Shown here: positions 33,267 to 44,316 of the stretch, one piece after another
How positions within the stretch are numbered: the stretch's first letter is position 1
How the letters are laid out: every line of letters begins with the position of its first letter
Origin: an uncultured Bacilli bacterium
GTDB taxonomy: Bacteria; Bacillota_I; Bacilli_A; RF39; UBA660
Assembly: GCA_947628915.1 (NCBI GenBank)
Contig: CANRBR010000002.1
Location: 1 to 46,184, forward strand
Direction of reading: 5' to 3'
DNA: 46,184 bases
Position numbers and translations under genes: made by a program
Notes under the pieces: model-generated
Seen by the model: only the letters and a program-made list of their open reading frames with translations
Told to the model about the DNA's origin: nothing
The model's database searches: none

Positions 33267-33920
33267 TTATTCTCCTAGTATTTTTTTTACTTGTTCATGA
33301 GTAGAATCTTTACCATTATTACCATCTACATGGTATACTACACCAAGTTTAGTATAGTAATCAATTAATGGAGCTGTCTTTTCTATATAAGTATTATACC
33401 TATCTAAATAAGTCTCTTCGTTGTCATCTTCTCTTTTAACAAGTTTTTCACCACACTTATCACAAATACCTTCTACTTTTGGAGTTAACTCCTTAGAATT
33501 AGTATTATAAACTTCTTTACAGTTTGGACAAGATATTCTTCCTGCTATACGTGCAGCAGCAGTATTTTTATCTATATCTATAACTATTACAACACCTAAT
33601 TCTTTATTAAGTTCTTTAAGCATTTCCTGATAAGCTTCTGCTTGGGCTACATTACGTGGAAATCCATCTAAAATGTAACCATTATTGCAGTCTTCTTTTT
33701 TTATTCTTTCTTTTAAGATATCTATTATAATATCATCGCTAACAAATATTCCATTGTTAATTTTATAACTGATATCTCTACCCATTTCTGAGTCTTCTTT
33801 ACTTTTTTCTCTTAAGATATCTCCTGTTGATATATGAGGCATATTATATTCATTTTTAAGTAAGGCAGCCTCTGTTCCTTTACCTGCTGCTGGAGCAGCT
33901 ATTAAAATAACACTTTTCAT
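33267..33920 (-). CDS. adk: Adenylate kinase (zinc-lid type)
   Basis: P-loop APAAGKGT, GFPRN, and lid CPNC...CDKCG. Confidence 0.95.
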   Translation of the reverse strand: MKSVILIAAPAAGKGTEAALLKNEYNMPHISTGDILREKSKEDSEMGRDISYKINNGIFVSDDIIIDILKERIKKEDCNNGYILDGFPRNVAQAEAYQEMLKELNKELGVVIVIDIDKNTAAARIAGRISCPNCKEVYNTNSKELTPKVEGICDKCGEKLVKREDDNEETYLDRYNTYIEKTAPLIDYYTKLGVVYHVDGNNGKDSTHEQVKKILGE

Positions 33921-35167
33921 ACTCTTCTACCCCTTCTACCTTTTACATAAGTTCTACTTACTAATTGACTTTCTAATTGTTTATAAGTCTCGAGTGCAAC
34001 TCCAACTACGATTAATAGTCCAGTACCACTTATTGATATAGTAGTTTGCAAGCTAGTAAATTTATCAAAAAGTATTGGAAGTATCGCAAGTATTGATAAG
34101 AATAATGCACCTACTATAGTAATTCTTTTTAACACTGTCTTTACATATTCTAATGTTTCTTTACCTGGATGTATACCCGGAATATATCCACCGTTTTGGT
34201 TTAGATTTTCAGATAACTCCTTTGGTTTAAGTTGCATAAACGTATATAGGTAAGCAAATGCGAAAATCAATACAACATAAACAATTAGTCCTACACCATC
34301 TGTATAAGTTAGATATTTCTGTACAAAGAGTGTAAATGAATCATTCTTTATAACTGATGATAATATCTGTGGTATAGATAATAATGCAGATGCAAATATG
34401 ACTGGCATAACTCCTGCACTATTTAATTTAAATGGTATATAACTTTGTTTACCTAAAGTACTAGTTGATTTGTTAGCATACTGTATAGGTATTCTTCTTT
34501 CTGCACTTTCAACATATATAACACCCACTATTATAGCGATGAATACAAGTATAAATGCAGCAAAGATTGATATTCCTAAAAAACTAGTAGATAACTCAAC
34601 CCATAAGTTTTTAAACATACCTGGAAGTACACTGATTATACCTGCCATAATTATTAATGACATACCATTACCAATTCCTTTTAAAGTTATCTCATCTGCT
34701 ACCCACATTAAGAATGCAGTTCCTGCTGTTAGAATTAGTGAATATAACATATAATCCATTGGAGTACCATTTCCAATATATGCATAAGAGTATAAATATC
34801 CTTGTAGGAATGCTAAAGCAATTCCCATAAATCTTGTTATTTGATTTAATTTTCTTCTTCCTACTCCACCTTGTTTAGATAGTTCAGAGAAATATGGTAC
34901 TATATCAGCACATAGTAACTGAACAACTATTTGAGCAGTAATGTAAGGTGTAACACCAAGTGCGAAGATAGACGCTCTTTGAAATCCTCCACCACTCATG
35001 GCATCTAAGATTTCCATAAATGTCATCTTATCTCTATCTACAACTACACCTGGAACAATTATTGCAGTTCCTATTTTAAATACTAATAATGCTCCTAAGG
35101 TGAATAAGATTCTTTTTAATAAATCACGATTTTTTGAATTAAATATTTGCTTAAAATTGGCAAACAT
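33917..35167 (-). CDS. secY: Preprotein translocase subunit SecY
   Basis: 416-aa polytopic ORF in the conserved position between rplO and adk, with motifs GVTPYITAQIVVQLL and GGYIPGIHPG. Confidence 0.97.
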   Translation of the reverse strand: MFANFKQIFNSKNRDLLKRILFTLGALLVFKIGTAIIVPGVVVDRDKMTFMEILDAMSGGGFQRASIFALGVTPYITAQIVVQLLCADIVPYFSELSKQGGVGRRKLNQITRFMGIALAFLQGYLYSYAYIGNGTPMDYMLYSLILTAGTAFLMWVADEITLKGIGNGMSLIIMAGIISVLPGMFKNLWVELSTSFLGISIFAAFILVFIAIIVGVIYVESAERRIPIQYANKSTSTLGKQSYIPFKLNSAGVMPVIFASALLSIPQILSSVIKNDSFTLFVQKYLTYTDGVGLIVYVVLIFAFAYLYTFMQLKPKELSENLNQNGGYIPGIHPGKETLEYVKTVLKRITIVGALFLSILAILPILFDKFTSLQTTISISGTGLLIVVGVALETYKQLESQLVSRTYVKGRRGRRV

Positions 35168-35168
35168 A

Positions 35169-35612
35169 TTAAATCACCTCTGCTTTTCCACCTTTGGCTT
35201 CTATTTTTTCTATTGCAGATTTTGAGAATTTACTTGCTTTAACAGTTAATTTCTTAGTTAATTCTCCATTACCTAATACTTTAACTCCTGCAAGTTGTTT
35301 TTTCAAAACTCCCATTTCTTTTAATAATTCTGGAGTAACAACTGCTCCATCTTCAAATTTTTCTAAATCACTTACATTAATTGTTGCATATTCAACTTTA
35401 AACATAGCATTAGAGAAACCTCTTTTTGGTAAACGTCTGAAAAGTGGTAATTGTCCACCTTCAAATCCAGGTCTTACTCCTCCGCCACTTCTAGCATTTT
35501 GTCCTTTATGCCCTTTACCACTAGTTTTTCCATGTCCTGAAGAAACTCCACGACCAACTCTTTTACTAGTTTTAAAAGCACCTTCACTTGGACGTAATTC
35601 ATGTAACTTCAT
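35169..35612 (-). CDS. rplO: 50S ribosomal protein L15
   Basis: [22 protein letters not shown]...[11 protein letters not shown]. Confidence 0.97.
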   Translation of the reverse strand: MKLHELRPSEGAFKTSKRVGRGVSSGHGKTSGKGHKGQNARSGGGVRPGFEGGQLPLFRRLPKRGFSNAMFKVEYATINVSDLEKFEDGAVVTPELLKEMGVLKKQLAGVKVLGNGELTKKLTVKASKFSKSAIEKIEAKGGKAEVI

Positions 35613-35613
35613 A

Positions 35614-36189
35614 TTATCTTATCTCCTCTACTTTTTTTCCACGTAGGTTAGCAATTTGTTCTATAGTCTTTTGTGATTTTAATGCCTCAAGTGTTGCATA
35701 TGCCATATTTACTTTTGTACTTGAACCAAGTGATTTAGATAAAATATCTTTAACTCCTGCCATTTCAAGTACAGACCTAACTGGACCACCAGCTTTAACT
35801 CCTGTACCTTTATTTGCAGGTTTTAACATAACACGACTTGCACCGCATACACCGATTGCTTCGTGTGGTATAGTACCATCAACTATTGATACTTTAACAA
35901 TATTTTTAGTTGCAGCTTGACTTGCTTTCTTTATTGCATCTGGAACTTCATTAGATTTTCCTGTTCCAAGTCCAACCTTACCTTTTTTATCACCAACTAC
36001 AACAACAGCTGAGAAACGGAAGTGACGTCCACCTTTAGTTACTTTTGTAACACGTCCGATAGAAATTACTTCTTCTTCATAAAGTTTTTGTTGTCTTTGT
36101 CTTGGATTTGATTTACGAGGTTTTCTTTCAGTTTTCTCTACTTTTGTAGATTTAACTTCTTCAACTTTTTCGATTTCTTTTTCCATCAT
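35614..36189 (-). CDS. rpsE: 30S ribosomal protein S5 with an N-terminal K/E-rich extension
   Basis: The core [27 protein letters not shown] is canonical and is preceded by ~35 extra residues. The stop lies 1 nt from the rplO start. Confidence 0.95.
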   Translation of the reverse strand: MMEKEIEKVEEVKSTKVEKTERKPRKSNPRQRQQKLYEEEVISIGRVTKVTKGGRHFRFSAVVVVGDKKGKVGLGTGKSNEVPDAIKKASQAATKNIVKVSIVDGTIPHEAIGVCGASRVMLKPANKGTGVKAGGPVRSVLEMAGVKDILSKSLGSSTKVNMAYATLEALKSQKTIEQIANLRGKKVEEIR

Positions 36190-36199
36190 TACCCTCCTA

Positions 36200-36562
36200 T
36201 TAGAACTCTAGTCCGTTTTCACGTGCAGCATCAGCTAAAGCTTTTACACGTCCGTGATATAGGTATCCACCTCTATCGAAAACGACCTTTGATATTTTTG
36301 CTTTTTTAGCTCTTTTAGCAAGTAGTTCTCCTACTTTTTCTGCAGCTTCTATGTTTCCACCATTTTCTAGTTTCAACTCTTTATCTATAGAAGATGCACT
36401 TACTAAAGTTTTAGAAGCTTCATCATCAATGATTTGAGCAAAAATATTACTGTTTGATCTAAACACATTTAGTCTAGGAACGTTTGATGAACCCGCTACT
36501 TTTTCTCTTACACGTGTGTGTCTTGCACAACGTGCTTTATTACGGTCTACTTTTTTGATCAT
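36200..36562 (-). CDS. rplR: 50S ribosomal protein L18
   Basis: [18 protein letters not shown]...[28 protein letters not shown]. Confidence 0.97.
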   Translation of the reverse strand: MIKKVDRNKARCARHTRVREKVAGSSNVPRLNVFRSNSNIFAQIIDDEASKTLVSASSIDKELKLENGGNIEAAEKVGELLAKRAKKAKISKVVFDRGGYLYHGRVKALADAARENGLEF

Positions 36563-36583
36563 AACTATTCTCCTTTACTCTAA

Positions 36584-37117
36584 TTATTTAGAAGCTTTCT
36601 TTCCTTCTTTACGACGAATATGTTCGTCAGCATAACGAATACCTTTTCCTTTATATGGTTCAGGTTTTCTAATTTTTCTTACATTAGCAGCAAACTCTCC
36701 TACTAATTGTTTGTCTATTCCTTTTATAAGTAACTCTGTATTACTTGGAACTTCTAATTTTATTCCTTCTGGAATATCGACATTAACAGGATGAGAGTAA
36801 CCTGCAGTTACAACTAACTGTGCACCTTTTAATTGAAAACGATAACCAACACCTACTGATTCAAGTTTTTTCTCAAAACCTTTAGTAACACCAACTATCA
36901 TATTATTGATATTGGCATTAGCAGTTCCGTGAAAATTCTTATATTCATCACTTTTTCTTGTGAGTGTTAGCTCATTATCATTAACATTTACAGTAATGTT
37001 TTCGTTAATTACAGTAGAAAGTTCACCTTTTGGCCCTTTTACAGTAACTACATTACCATCAACTGTTACAGTTACATCAGTTGGTATAATTAATTTTCTA
37101 TTTCCAACTCGACTCAT
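36584..37117 (-). CDS. rplF: 50S ribosomal protein L6
   Basis: MSRVGNRKLIIPTDVTVTVDGNVVTVKGPKGEL. Confidence 0.97.
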   Translation of the reverse strand: MSRVGNRKLIIPTDVTVTVDGNVVTVKGPKGELSTVINENITVNVNDNELTLTRKSDEYKNFHGTANANINNMIVGVTKGFEKKLESVGVGYRFQLKGAQLVVTAGYSHPVNVDIPEGIKLEVPSNTELLIKGIDKQLVGEFAANVRKIRKPEPYKGKGIRYADEHIRRKEGKKASK

Positions 37118-37132
37118 TAAGTATCTTCCTTT

Positions 37133-37525
37133 CTACCAAATATAGGCAAGAACTTCTCCACCAAGCGAACTTTCTCTAGCCTCTTTATCAGTCATAACAC
37201 CTTTAGATGTTGATATGATAGCTATACCAAGTCCGTTTAATACTTTTGGAACTTCTTCTGCCTTTACATATACACGTAACCCTGGCTTAGATATTCTTTT
37301 AAGTCCAGTAATTACACGTTCCTTGTCTACATATTTTAAAGATAAAACAAGGATGTTTTGAATATTATTTTTCTTTTCTTTATAGTCTGCTATAAATCCT
37401 TCAGATTTTAATATTCTAGCGATTTCTTTTTTCATTTTTGAAGCGGGTACTTCAACTTCTTTATATCGCAACTGATTTGCATTACGAATACGAGTAAGCA
37501 TATCTGCGATTGGATCTGTTACCAT
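37133..37525 (-). CDS. rpsH: 30S ribosomal protein S8
   Basis: [16 protein letters not shown]...GGEVLAYIW. Confidence 0.97.
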   Translation of the reverse strand: MVTDPIADMLTRIRNANQLRYKEVEVPASKMKKEIARILKSEGFIADYKEKKNNIQNILVLSLKYVDKERVITGLKRISKPGLRVYVKAEEVPKVLNGLGIAIISTSKGVMTDKEARESSLGGEVLAYIW

Positions 37526-37544
37526 ACTATCCTCCTTCTATCAA

Positions 37545-37730
37545 TTACCAACTTGATTTCTTCATTCCTGGTATTTGTCCCTTGTATGCTAATTCACGAA
37601 AACAAATTCTACAAATTCCGTATTTTTTAAGTACAGCATGTGGACGACCACAACGACTGCAACGAGTATATCTACGTACTTCGAATTTAGGTTCGCGACT
37701 AGCTTTAATTTTCATACTTTTCTTAGCCAT
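37545..37730 (-). CDS. rpsZ: 30S ribosomal protein S14 type Z (zinc-binding, 61 aa)
   Basis: MAKKSMKIK...[20 protein letters not shown]...W, with two CxxC pairs. Confidence 0.95.
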   Translation of the reverse strand: MAKKSMKIKASREPKFEVRRYTRCSRCGRPHAVLKKYGICRICFRELAYKGQIPGMKKSSW

Positions 37731-37745
37731 AATTTCCTCCTAAGT

Positions 37746-38285
37746 TTATTTCTTAAATGGCATTCCGAAACCTTTTAAGAGATCTAACGCTTCTTCATTT
37801 GTTTTTGCACTTGTTACAAAAACTATATCCATACCACGTACTTTAACTACATCATCATATTCGATTTCTGGGAATATTAATTGTTCAGTAAGTCCCAAAG
37901 TGTAGTTACCTCTTCCATCGAATGCCTTATTAGATATACCTCTAAAATCTCTTACACGAGGTAATGTAATACTAATTAATTTATCTAAGAAGTTATACAT
38001 ATTCTCCCCACGTAAAGTTACTTTGCAACCAATTGCTTGACCCTCTCTAAGTTTAAATCCAGCTATTGATTTTTTTGCTTTAGTAGCTATTGGTTTTTGT
38101 CCTGTAATAATCTCTAAGTCTTTCATAGCACCTTCTAATAATTTAGAGTTGCCTGTTGCATCACCACAACCAATATTAACTACTATTTTTTCTAATTTTG
38201 GTACCTCTTCAACATTTTTGTAACCATGTTTTTTCATTAAATCGGATACGATTTCTTTTGTGTACTTTTCTTTTAGGCGGTTCAT
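37746..38285 (-). CDS. rplE: 50S ribosomal protein L5
   Basis: [12 protein letters not shown]... and LPRVRDFRG motif. Conserved position. Confidence 0.97.
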   Translation of the reverse strand: MNRLKEKYTKEIVSDLMKKHGYKNVEEVPKLEKIVVNIGCGDATGNSKLLEGAMKDLEIITGQKPIATKAKKSIAGFKLREGQAIGCKVTLRGENMYNFLDKLISITLPRVRDFRGISNKAFDGRGNYTLGLTEQLIFPEIEYDDVVKVRGMDIVFVTSAKTNEEALDLLKGFGMPFKK

Positions 38286-38302
38286 ATATACCCTCCTTCC
38301 AA

Positions 38303-38617
38303 TTAATCAAGACTAGAATTAGATTTTTTTGTAACTCTAATTTTTTTACCGTCTTTATTTATACTGTGTCCTATTCTAGTAGGTTTTTTTGTTTTAGGAT
38401 CAACAATCATTACGTTTGAAGCGTGAATTGGTGATTCTACTTCATTTATAGAACCAGCTTGTTGTCCGTTTCCTTTAACATGTTTTTTAACTATGTTAAT
38501 TCCTTCAACAACTACTCTATTTTCATTACGTAATACATGAGTAATTTTTCCTTCTTTTCCTTTATCCTTACCAGAAATGACAACTACTTTATCTCCAGTT
38601 TTAAAGTTCATTTTCAT
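38303..38617 (-). CDS. rplX: 50S ribosomal protein L24
   Basis: [23 protein letters not shown] motif. The true start may be the second or third Met. Confidence 0.95.
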   Translation of the reverse strand: MKMNFKTGDKVVVISGKDKGKEGKITHVLRNENRVVVEGINIVKKHVKGNGQQAGSINEVESPIHASNVMIVDPKTKKPTRIGHSINKDGKKIRVTKKSNSSLD

Positions 38618-38629
38618 TCCTCCAAACTC

Positions 38630-38998
38630 TTATAACACTTCTTTAGCAAGTGATATAATTTTATTAAAACCTAAATCACGTAATTCACGTGCGACTGGTC
38701 CAAATACACGAGTACCTACTGGACTCTTATCATCTCTAATAATAACTGCTGCGTTATCATCAAATTTGATATATGACCCATCTTCTCTTCTTAGACCAAA
38801 TTTACTTCTAACGACAACTGCCTTAACAACTTTGCTTTTAGGTACAGTTCCATTAGGTGTTGCTTTTTTTACAGTTGCAACTACTATATCTCCAATATTA
38901 CCAGTTTTAACTTTAGAGCCTCCAAGAACACGGATAACAGATAGTTCTCTTGCTCCTGAATTATCGGCTACTTTTAAACGGCTTTCTTGTTGAATCAT
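38630..38998 (-). CDS. rplN: 50S ribosomal protein L14
   Basis: [18 protein letters not shown] is canonical L14. Confidence 0.98.
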   Translation of the reverse strand: MIQQESRLKVADNSGARELSVIRVLGGSKVKTGNIGDIVVATVKKATPNGTVPKSKVVKAVVVRSKFGLRREDGSYIKFDDNAAVIIRDDKSPVGTRVFGPVARELRDLGFNKIISLAKEVL

Positions 38999-39021
38999 AT
39001 ATTATCCTCCTTCACTCGTTT

Positions 39022-39282
39022 TTACAATATAATTGCTTTTTCAATAACACGTACTAAACGGAAATGTTTAGTCTTAGATAAAGGTCTAGTTTCTACTATA
39101 AGAACTTTATCTCCCTTTTTTGCCTCATTTTTTTCATCGTGTACAGTATATTTTTTAGAATATTTAACTCTTTTACCATATAGTCTATCGTTTTTATAAG
39201 TTTCAACTAAAACAGTAATAGTTTTATCGTTTACATCACTTACAACAGTTCCGACTAATTCATGTCTAGTTTTCTCTTCCAT
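39022..39282 (-). CDS. rpsQ: 30S ribosomal protein S17
   Basis: [20 protein letters not shown]...[30 protein letters not shown]. Confidence 0.97.
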   Translation of the reverse strand: MEEKTRHELVGTVVSDVNDKTITVLVETYKNDRLYGKRVKYSKKYTVHDEKNEAKKGDKVLIVETRPLSKTKHFRLVRVIEKAIIL

Positions 39283-39290
39283 AATTCCTC

Positions 39291-39485
39291 CTATTTAGTT
39301 AGTTCTCTTTCACGTAATATAGTTTTCATACGTGCGACTAACTTTCTTAATTCTGTAATTCTTGAAGGTTTTTCTAAAGACCCTGTTGCTTGTTTAAAGC
39401 GTAAGTTAAATAATTCTTCTTTTGACTCTTCTATTTTAGAAAGTATTTCTTCATTAGATAATTCTCTTATTTCTTTATTAGTCAT
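39291..39485 (-). CDS. rpmC: 50S ribosomal protein L29
   Basis: [35 protein letters not shown]. Start at 39485 overlaps the rplP stop in ATGACTAA. The track start at 39497 is also possible. Confidence 0.93.
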   Translation of the reverse strand: MTNKEIRELSNEEILSKIEESKEELFNLRFKQATGSLEKPSRITELRKLVARMKTILRERELTK

Positions 39486-39906
39486 TAGAATCACCACTTT
39501 CTTTCTTTACAAATTTACATTTGATAGGAAGTTTATGCATAGCAAGACGTAGTGCTTCACGAGCAACATCTTCACTAACTTCTCCTACTTCAAACATAAT
39601 TTTTCCTTCTTTAACTACTGCAACCCATGCATCATGAGAACCTTTACCTTTACCTTGACGAGTTTCAAGTGGTTTTTTAGTTAATGAAAGGTGTGGGAAT
39701 ATGTTTATCCAAACTTTTCCTCCACGTTTCATATAACGAGTCATTGCAACTCTGGCAGCCTCGATTTGTCTATCTGTAATCCAAGCGCCTTCTAGTGCCA
39801 TTAAACCATATTCTCCAAAGTGCAACTCTGTATTTCCTTTTGCTTTTCCTTCATAAGGAAGACGATGTACATTTCTAAATTTAGTTCTTTTTGGAATTAC
39901 TGCCAT
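39478..39906 (-). CDS. rplP: 50S ribosomal protein L16
   Basis: [11 protein letters not shown]... preceded by SD GGGAGG. The track's 13-aa extension is not supported. Confidence 0.96.
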   Translation of the reverse strand: MAVIPKRTKFRNVHRLPYEGKAKGNTELHFGEYGLMALEGAWITDRQIEAARVAMTRYMKRGGKVWINIFPHLSLTKKPLETRQGKGKGSHDAWVAVVKEGKIMFEVGEVSEDVAREALRLAMHKLPIKCKFVKKESGDSND

Positions 39907-40558
39907 CTTGATTACCTCCCTTATTTTTAGCAGGAAGGATTTCACCTTTGCAAATCCATACTTTAACGCCTATCTTACCATAAGTAGTATCTGCTTCTTT
40001 ACAAGCATAATCTATATCTGATCTTAAAGTATGACGTGGAACGCTACCTTCTGTATAACCTTCAGTACGAGCCATATCTGCTCCTCCTAAACGTCCTGAT
40101 ACAGAAGTTGTAATTCCTTTTGCTCCTGCTTTCATAGTATTTCTAATTGCTCTTTTTTGAGCAATTCTGAATGATACACGTCCTTCTATTTGACGTGCGA
40201 TATTTTCTGCAACTATTGCAGCATCTAAATCTGGATTCTTAACTTCTTTGATAGAGATTTGTATATCTTCGTCAACAAGTTTTGTTAATTCTTTTTTAAT
40301 CTTATCAATTTCATCTCCACCATGTCCGATTACAACACCAGGTTTAGCTGTATTTATAACAACATTAGTCTTTTTAGTGTCTCTTTCAATAAGAATACTT
40401 GAAACTGATGCGTCTTTTAGTCTTTTCTCTAACATTTTACGAATCTTATCATCGTTTTTGATATACTTAGCATTTTTTCTTCCTTCAGCATACCAATTTG
40501 ATTGCCAAGATTTGTTAACGCCTATTCTAAGTCCTATTGGACTAACCTTTTGACCCAC
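39881..40558 (-). CDS. rpsC: 30S ribosomal protein S3
   Basis: [24 protein letters not shown] is canonical. Its C-terminal tail reads through the rplP SD and start, a 26-nt overlap. Confidence 0.97.
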   Translation of the reverse strand: MGQKVSPIGLRIGVNKSWQSNWYAEGRKNAKYIKNDDKIRKMLEKRLKDASVSSILIERDTKKTNVVINTAKPGVVIGHGGDEIDKIKKELTKLVDEDIQISIKEVKNPDLDAAIVAENIARQIEGRVSFRIAQKRAIRNTMKAGAKGITTSVSGRLGGADMARTEGYTEGSVPRHTLRSDIDYACKEADTTYGKIGVKVWICKGEILPAKNKGGNQDGSNSKKN

Positions 40559-40576
40559 AAGTTTTCCTCCTTTACC

Positions 40577-40912
40577 TTAGTTTTTATCACTTACAACAAT
40601 TGTAATATGACTTGTTCTTTTTTTGATTGGATCTACGTGACCACGAGAACCAAAATTCATTCTTTTTAATGTTTGTCCTTCATCAACATATGCTTCCTTA
40701 ACATATAATTTAGTTTTATCTAAACCTAAGTTGTTTTCGGCATTTGCTACTGCAGAAGTCAAAACTTTTAAAGTTAATCTAGCAGCAGAACTATTGTAAT
40801 TTCTGCAAATTCTATCTGCTTCGATAACATCTTTACCACGTATTAAATCTATTACTAAGCGTGCTTTACGTGGAGGGATTCTAAGCCCTTTAGCGATTGC
40901 TTTTGCTTCCAT
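40577..40912 (-). CDS. rplV: 50S ribosomal protein L22
   Basis: MEAKAIAKGLRIPPRKARLVIDLIRGK. Confidence 0.97.
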   Translation of the reverse strand: MEAKAIAKGLRIPPRKARLVIDLIRGKDVIEADRICRNYNSSAARLTLKVLTSAVANAENNLGLDKTKLYVKEAYVDEGQTLKRMNFGSRGHVDPIKKRTSHITIVVSDKN

Positions 40913-40931
40913 ATTTCTTCCTCCCTAGGTT

Positions 40932-41204
40932 TTATTTCTTTATTTTGTCATCACCGTGACCACCGAATTTACGAGTAGCAACAAATTCACCTAATTTGTG
41001 TCCTACCATATCTTCAGTAACATATACAGGAACAAATTCTTTTCCATTGTGAACTGCGAATGTGTTACCAATAAATTCAGGAAATATTGTTGAACGGCGT
41101 GACCAAGTTTTTATAACTTCTTTTTTTTCTGATTCATTTACTTTTTTAACCTTTTTCATTAGACTATCGTCTACAAAAGGTCCTTTTTTTAAACTTCTAG
41201 CCAT
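40932..41204 (-). CDS. rpsS: 30S ribosomal protein S19
   Basis: [19 protein letters not shown]...[23 protein letters not shown]. Confidence 0.98.
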   Translation of the reverse strand: MARSLKKGPFVDDSLMKKVKKVNESEKKEVIKTWSRRSTIFPEFIGNTFAVHNGKEFVPVYVTEDMVGHKLGEFVATRKFGGHGDDKIKK

Positions 41205-41218
41205 AATTCCATCCTTTC

Positions 41219-42049
41219 CTATTTTTTACGGCGATGTACTATTAAGTCATCTGATTGTTTTTTACCTTTACGAGTCTTATATCCAAGTGCAGGTTTACCC
41301 CAAGGTGTTAGAGGTCCTTTATGTCCTACTGGAGCTCTACCTTCTCCACCACCATGTGGGTGATCATTAGGGTTCATAACTGAACCACGAACTGTTGGAC
41401 GAATACCCATATGTATTTTACGACCAGCTTTACCTAAGTTTACTAGTTCATGGTCTTCGTTTCCAACTTCACCGATTGTAGCACGGCAAGTGCTTAAAAC
41501 TTTACGAACTTCTCCGCTTGATAAACGAAGTAGTGCATATTTTCCTTCAAATCCAAGTATTTGTACACTAGAACCTGCAGAACGTGCCATTTGAGCACCT
41601 TTTCCTGCTTTTAATTCAACATTGTGAACAAGTGTACCTTCTGGAATTTTTGATAGTGGAAGTGTATTACCAACTTTAATATCAGCATTTTCTCCACTTT
41701 CTACCTTATCTCCAACTTTTAATCCTTTTGGAGCAAGTATATAAGATTTTTCACCATCTGCATAATTAATTAAAGCAATATTAGCTGTTCTATTTGGATC
41801 GTATTCAATAGATGCAACAGTACCAACTATACCATCTTTATTTCTTTTAAAATCTATTACACGATATTTTCTTTTAGCTCCTCCGCCTTGATGACGAACA
41901 GTTATTTTACCTTGATTATTACGACCACCATTTTTCTTGAGTGTAACAAGTAATGATTTCTCTGGCGCTACTTTAGTTAATTCACTGTTATCTAAAGTAG
42001 TCATACCACGTCTACCATTAGTCGTTGATTTATAACTTTTGATTGCCAT
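41219..42049 (-). CDS. rplB: 50S ribosomal protein L2
   Basis: [17 protein letters not shown]... and [14 protein letters not shown] motif. Confidence 0.98.
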   Translation of the reverse strand: MAIKSYKSTTNGRRGMTTLDNSELTKVAPEKSLLVTLKKNGGRNNQGKITVRHQGGGAKRKYRVIDFKRNKDGIVGTVASIEYDPNRTANIALINYADGEKSYILAPKGLKVGDKVESGENADIKVGNTLPLSKIPEGTLVHNVELKAGKGAQMARSAGSSVQILGFEGKYALLRLSSGEVRKVLSTCRATIGEVGNEDHELVNLGKAGRKIHMGIRPTVRGSVMNPNDHPHGGGEGRAPVGHKGPLTPWGKPALGYKTRKGKKQSDDLIVHRRKK

Positions 42050-42067
42050 TTGTATTCCTCCTTTAGA

Positions 42068-42349
42068 TTAGTCAAGTTCTATTGAACTTCCTTCTTTTAA
42101 TTTAACTATTGCTTTTTTCTTTCTATTAGTTAATCCAGAATAACGTCCAACTCTTTTAGTTTTTGGTTTGACATTTATAGTATTAACACTTTCAACTTTT
42201 ACGTCAAATATTTTTTCTACTGCTTGTTTAATTTCTGTTTTATTAGCCTTTGGGTCAACGCTGAATGTAACAACATTTCCGTTTTGGCTTAAATTAGCAG
42301 TTTTTTCTGTAATAATCGGAGCTTTTATAATATCTCTATATTTATTCAT
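42068..42349 (-). CDS. rplW: 50S ribosomal protein L23
   Basis: [11 protein letters not shown]...[24 protein letters not shown]. Confidence 0.96.
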   Translation of the reverse strand: MNKYRDIIKAPIITEKTANLSQNGNVVTFSVDPKANKTEIKQAVEKIFDVKVESVNTINVKPKTKRVGRYSGLTNRKKKAIVKLKEGSSIELD

Positions 42350-42972
42350 TATACTAAAGCCTCCTCTATACTTTTAATAGCATCTTCTTCAGCTATTACA
42401 AGGTTAGCAGAAACTAAATCAAGTACATTAATCTCACTTGCTTCAAGTAATAAAACATTGTTTAAATTACGAGTAGCTAAGATTAAGTTATCGTTTAACT
42501 CATTAACGATTACAAGTACGTTTCTATCAACCTTAAAGTTACTTAAAATATTTTTCATATCTTTAGTTTTATTAGTTTTTAAATCTAATTTATCAACAAC
42601 AACTAATTCTTTGTTGATTACTTTATAAGCTAAAGCTGATTTTAAAGCTAAAGCTCTTTCTTTTCTATTTTGCTTAGATTCATAGTTTCTAACTTGGAAA
42701 CCGAATGCATAAGCACCGTGGTACCAATGTGGCGCTCTTGTAGAACCTTGACGAGCACGTCCTGTTCCTTTTTGTCTCCATGGCTTTCTTCCACCACCAG
42801 AAACATCTGAACGTCCTTTAACACCTCTTGTTCCTTGACGAGCATTGTTTTGTGCAAGTTTAATTGCATCGTATAATACTGCATCGTTTGGAACGATACC
42901 GAATACTTCTTTATTTAATGTAATATCTTTAACTTTTTCACCATTTGTGTTTAATACATTTATTTTACTCAT
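42349..42972 (-). CDS. rplD: 50S ribosomal protein L4
   Basis: [39 protein letters not shown]. Confidence 0.97.
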   Translation of the reverse strand: MSKINVLNTNGEKVKDITLNKEVFGIVPNDAVLYDAIKLAQNNARQGTRGVKGRSDVSGGGRKPWRQKGTGRARQGSTRAPHWYHGAYAFGFQVRNYESKQNRKERALALKSALAYKVINKELVVVDKLDLKTNKTKDMKNILSNFKVDRNVLVIVNELNDNLILATRNLNNVLLLEASEINVLDLVSANLVIAEEDAIKSIEEALV

Positions 42973-42986
42973 ATGTATCCTCCCTA

Positions 42987-43799
42987 CTAATTTTCTTCCT
43001 CAGTAGTTTCAGCTGTATTTTCTTGAGCCTCATTAACCTCTGGTGCCTCTTCTTTAGTTTCAACTGTTTGTTCAGTTTCTTGTGCTTCAGTAACTTCTAC
43101 AGTATCAACAACTTCTTCTTTAACAGGTTCCTCTACTTCATAAGAAACAAGAGTCTCCATATCATTTACCTTTCCGTTACCTTTAACAGCACTCTTGATA
43201 ACTACTAAACCATTCTTTGGCCCTGGTATGTTACCACTTATTAATATTACATTATTTTCAGTATCAACTGCAACTACTTCAAGATTTTGAATAGTTACTG
43301 TGAGTGTTCCCATATGTCCAGCAAGTTTTTTACCTTTGAAAACACGCATTGGTCTCATTGTACCCATTGAACCTGGTCTTCTATGATAATGTGAACCATG
43401 TCCCATAGGTCCTCTTGATTGTCCGTGTCTTTTAATGACACCTTGGAACCCTTTACCTTTAGAAGTTCCTGTTACGTCAACTACTTCTCCTGGTGTGAAT
43501 ATATCAGCACTTACCTCATCACCAAGATTATATGAATTGACATCTACACCTTTTATCTCTCTAAAGAAGCGCTTAGGTGTAGTTTTTGCTTTTGCAGTTT
43601 GTCCTGCACTAGCTTTAGTCGCTAACTTTTCTCTTGTATTTCCAAATCCTAATTGAATTGCATCATAACCATCGTTTTCTTTAGTTTTGATTTGTGTAAC
43701 TACATTCTTCTCAACTTCAACAACAGTTACTGGAATTAATTTACCTGATTCAGTAAACACTTGAGTCATTCCAATTTTACGACCTAAGATTCCTTTCAT
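42987..43799 (-). CDS. rplC: 50S ribosomal protein L3 with a ~60-aa acidic C-terminal extension
   Basis: [15 protein letters not shown]... and [12 protein letters not shown] are canonical. The tail [50 protein letters not shown] is extra. Confidence 0.96.
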   Translation of the reverse strand: MKGILGRKIGMTQVFTESGKLIPVTVVEVEKNVVTQIKTKENDGYDAIQLGFGNTREKLATKASAGQTAKAKTTPKRFFREIKGVDVNSYNLGDEVSADIFTPGEVVDVTGTSKGKGFQGVIKRHGQSRGPMGHGSHYHRRPGSMGTMRPMRVFKGKKLAGHMGTLTVTIQNLEVVAVDTENNVILISGNIPGPKNGLVVIKSAVKGNGKVNDMETLVSYEVEEPVKEEVVDTVEVTEAQETEQTVETKEEAPEVNEAQENTAETTEEEN

Positions 43800-43810
43800 A
43801 TATATCCTCC

Positions 43811-44119
43811 TTATTTAATTATTTTGATATCAACACCACTTGGAATATCTAAGTGAGCAAGTGCTCCTATAGTTTCCTTCGATGGATCAACGATATCGAT
43901 TAGTCTTTTGTGTGTTCTTCTCTCAAATTGCTCACGTGAATCTTTATATTTGTGAACAGCTCTTAGAATAGTGATTTTTTCAACCTCAGTTGGAAGTGGA
44001 ACTGGTCCAACAATCTCTCCACCATTTCTTTTAACTGTTTCAACGATTTTAGCGCAAGCTTTGTCTAAACTCTTGTGTTCAAACGCTTTTAATTTGATAC
44101 GAATTTTAGTTTTTGACAT
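43811..44119 (-). CDS. rpsJ: 30S ribosomal protein S10
   Basis: [24 protein letters not shown]...GPVPLPT is canonical. First gene of the S10 operon. Confidence 0.98.
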   Translation of the reverse strand: MSKTKIRIKLKAFEHKSLDKACAKIVETVKRNGGEIVGPVPLPTEVEKITILRAVHKYKDSREQFERRTHKRLIDIVDPSKETIGALAHLDIPSGVDIKIIK

Positions 44120-44253
44120 CTTGTATCCTCCCTTCGCCTATATCCAGTATAGACATGCTCCGTGTAAAAACCCAATACTAAGGTTATTTTATATTGCAAC
44201 TTAACCTGGTGTATCAGCAACCTCACACATCAACGCAACGTCACACATATTGA

Positions 44254-44282
44254 ATTATACGTGATTTATTAAAAAAAATCAA
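44254..44282 (-). promoter_or_regulatory. Predicted S10-operon promoter, followed by a ~130-nt GC-enriched leader (44120..44247)
   Basis: TTGATT-17 nt-TATAAT on the minus strand. The leader is visibly less AT-rich than neighbouring intergenic DNA, suggesting structure (an r-protein autoregulatory leader?). Confidence 0.5.
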
Positions 44283-44305
44283 CACTTTTTTTCAAATTTG
44301 TTGAT
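44270..44305 (-). terminator. Weak terminator after the pilin-LRR gene
   Basis: 7-bp stem AUCAACA/UGUUGAU with a 14-nt loop, followed by a U8 run that merges into the -35 of the S10 promoter. Confidence 0.35.
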
Positions 44306-44316
44306 TTTTTTGATTT

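Noticed and set aside
35194-35920. Long plus-strand ORFs (35194..35646, 35588..35920, and similar ones at 38577..38993, 40248..40553, 41062..41370, 43435..43656, 24420..24668 and 25044..25325) antisense to ribosomal, secA and other genes.
   Set aside because: They lie entirely opposite highly conserved minus-strand genes. They have low-complexity S/L/F/P-rich translations and no SD. They are typical shadow ORFs of AT-rich coding DNA.
42648-42884. A 78-aa minus-strand ORF inside rplD in another frame.
   Set aside because: It is fully nested in the conserved L4 gene, has no SD, and its sequence is not recognisable.
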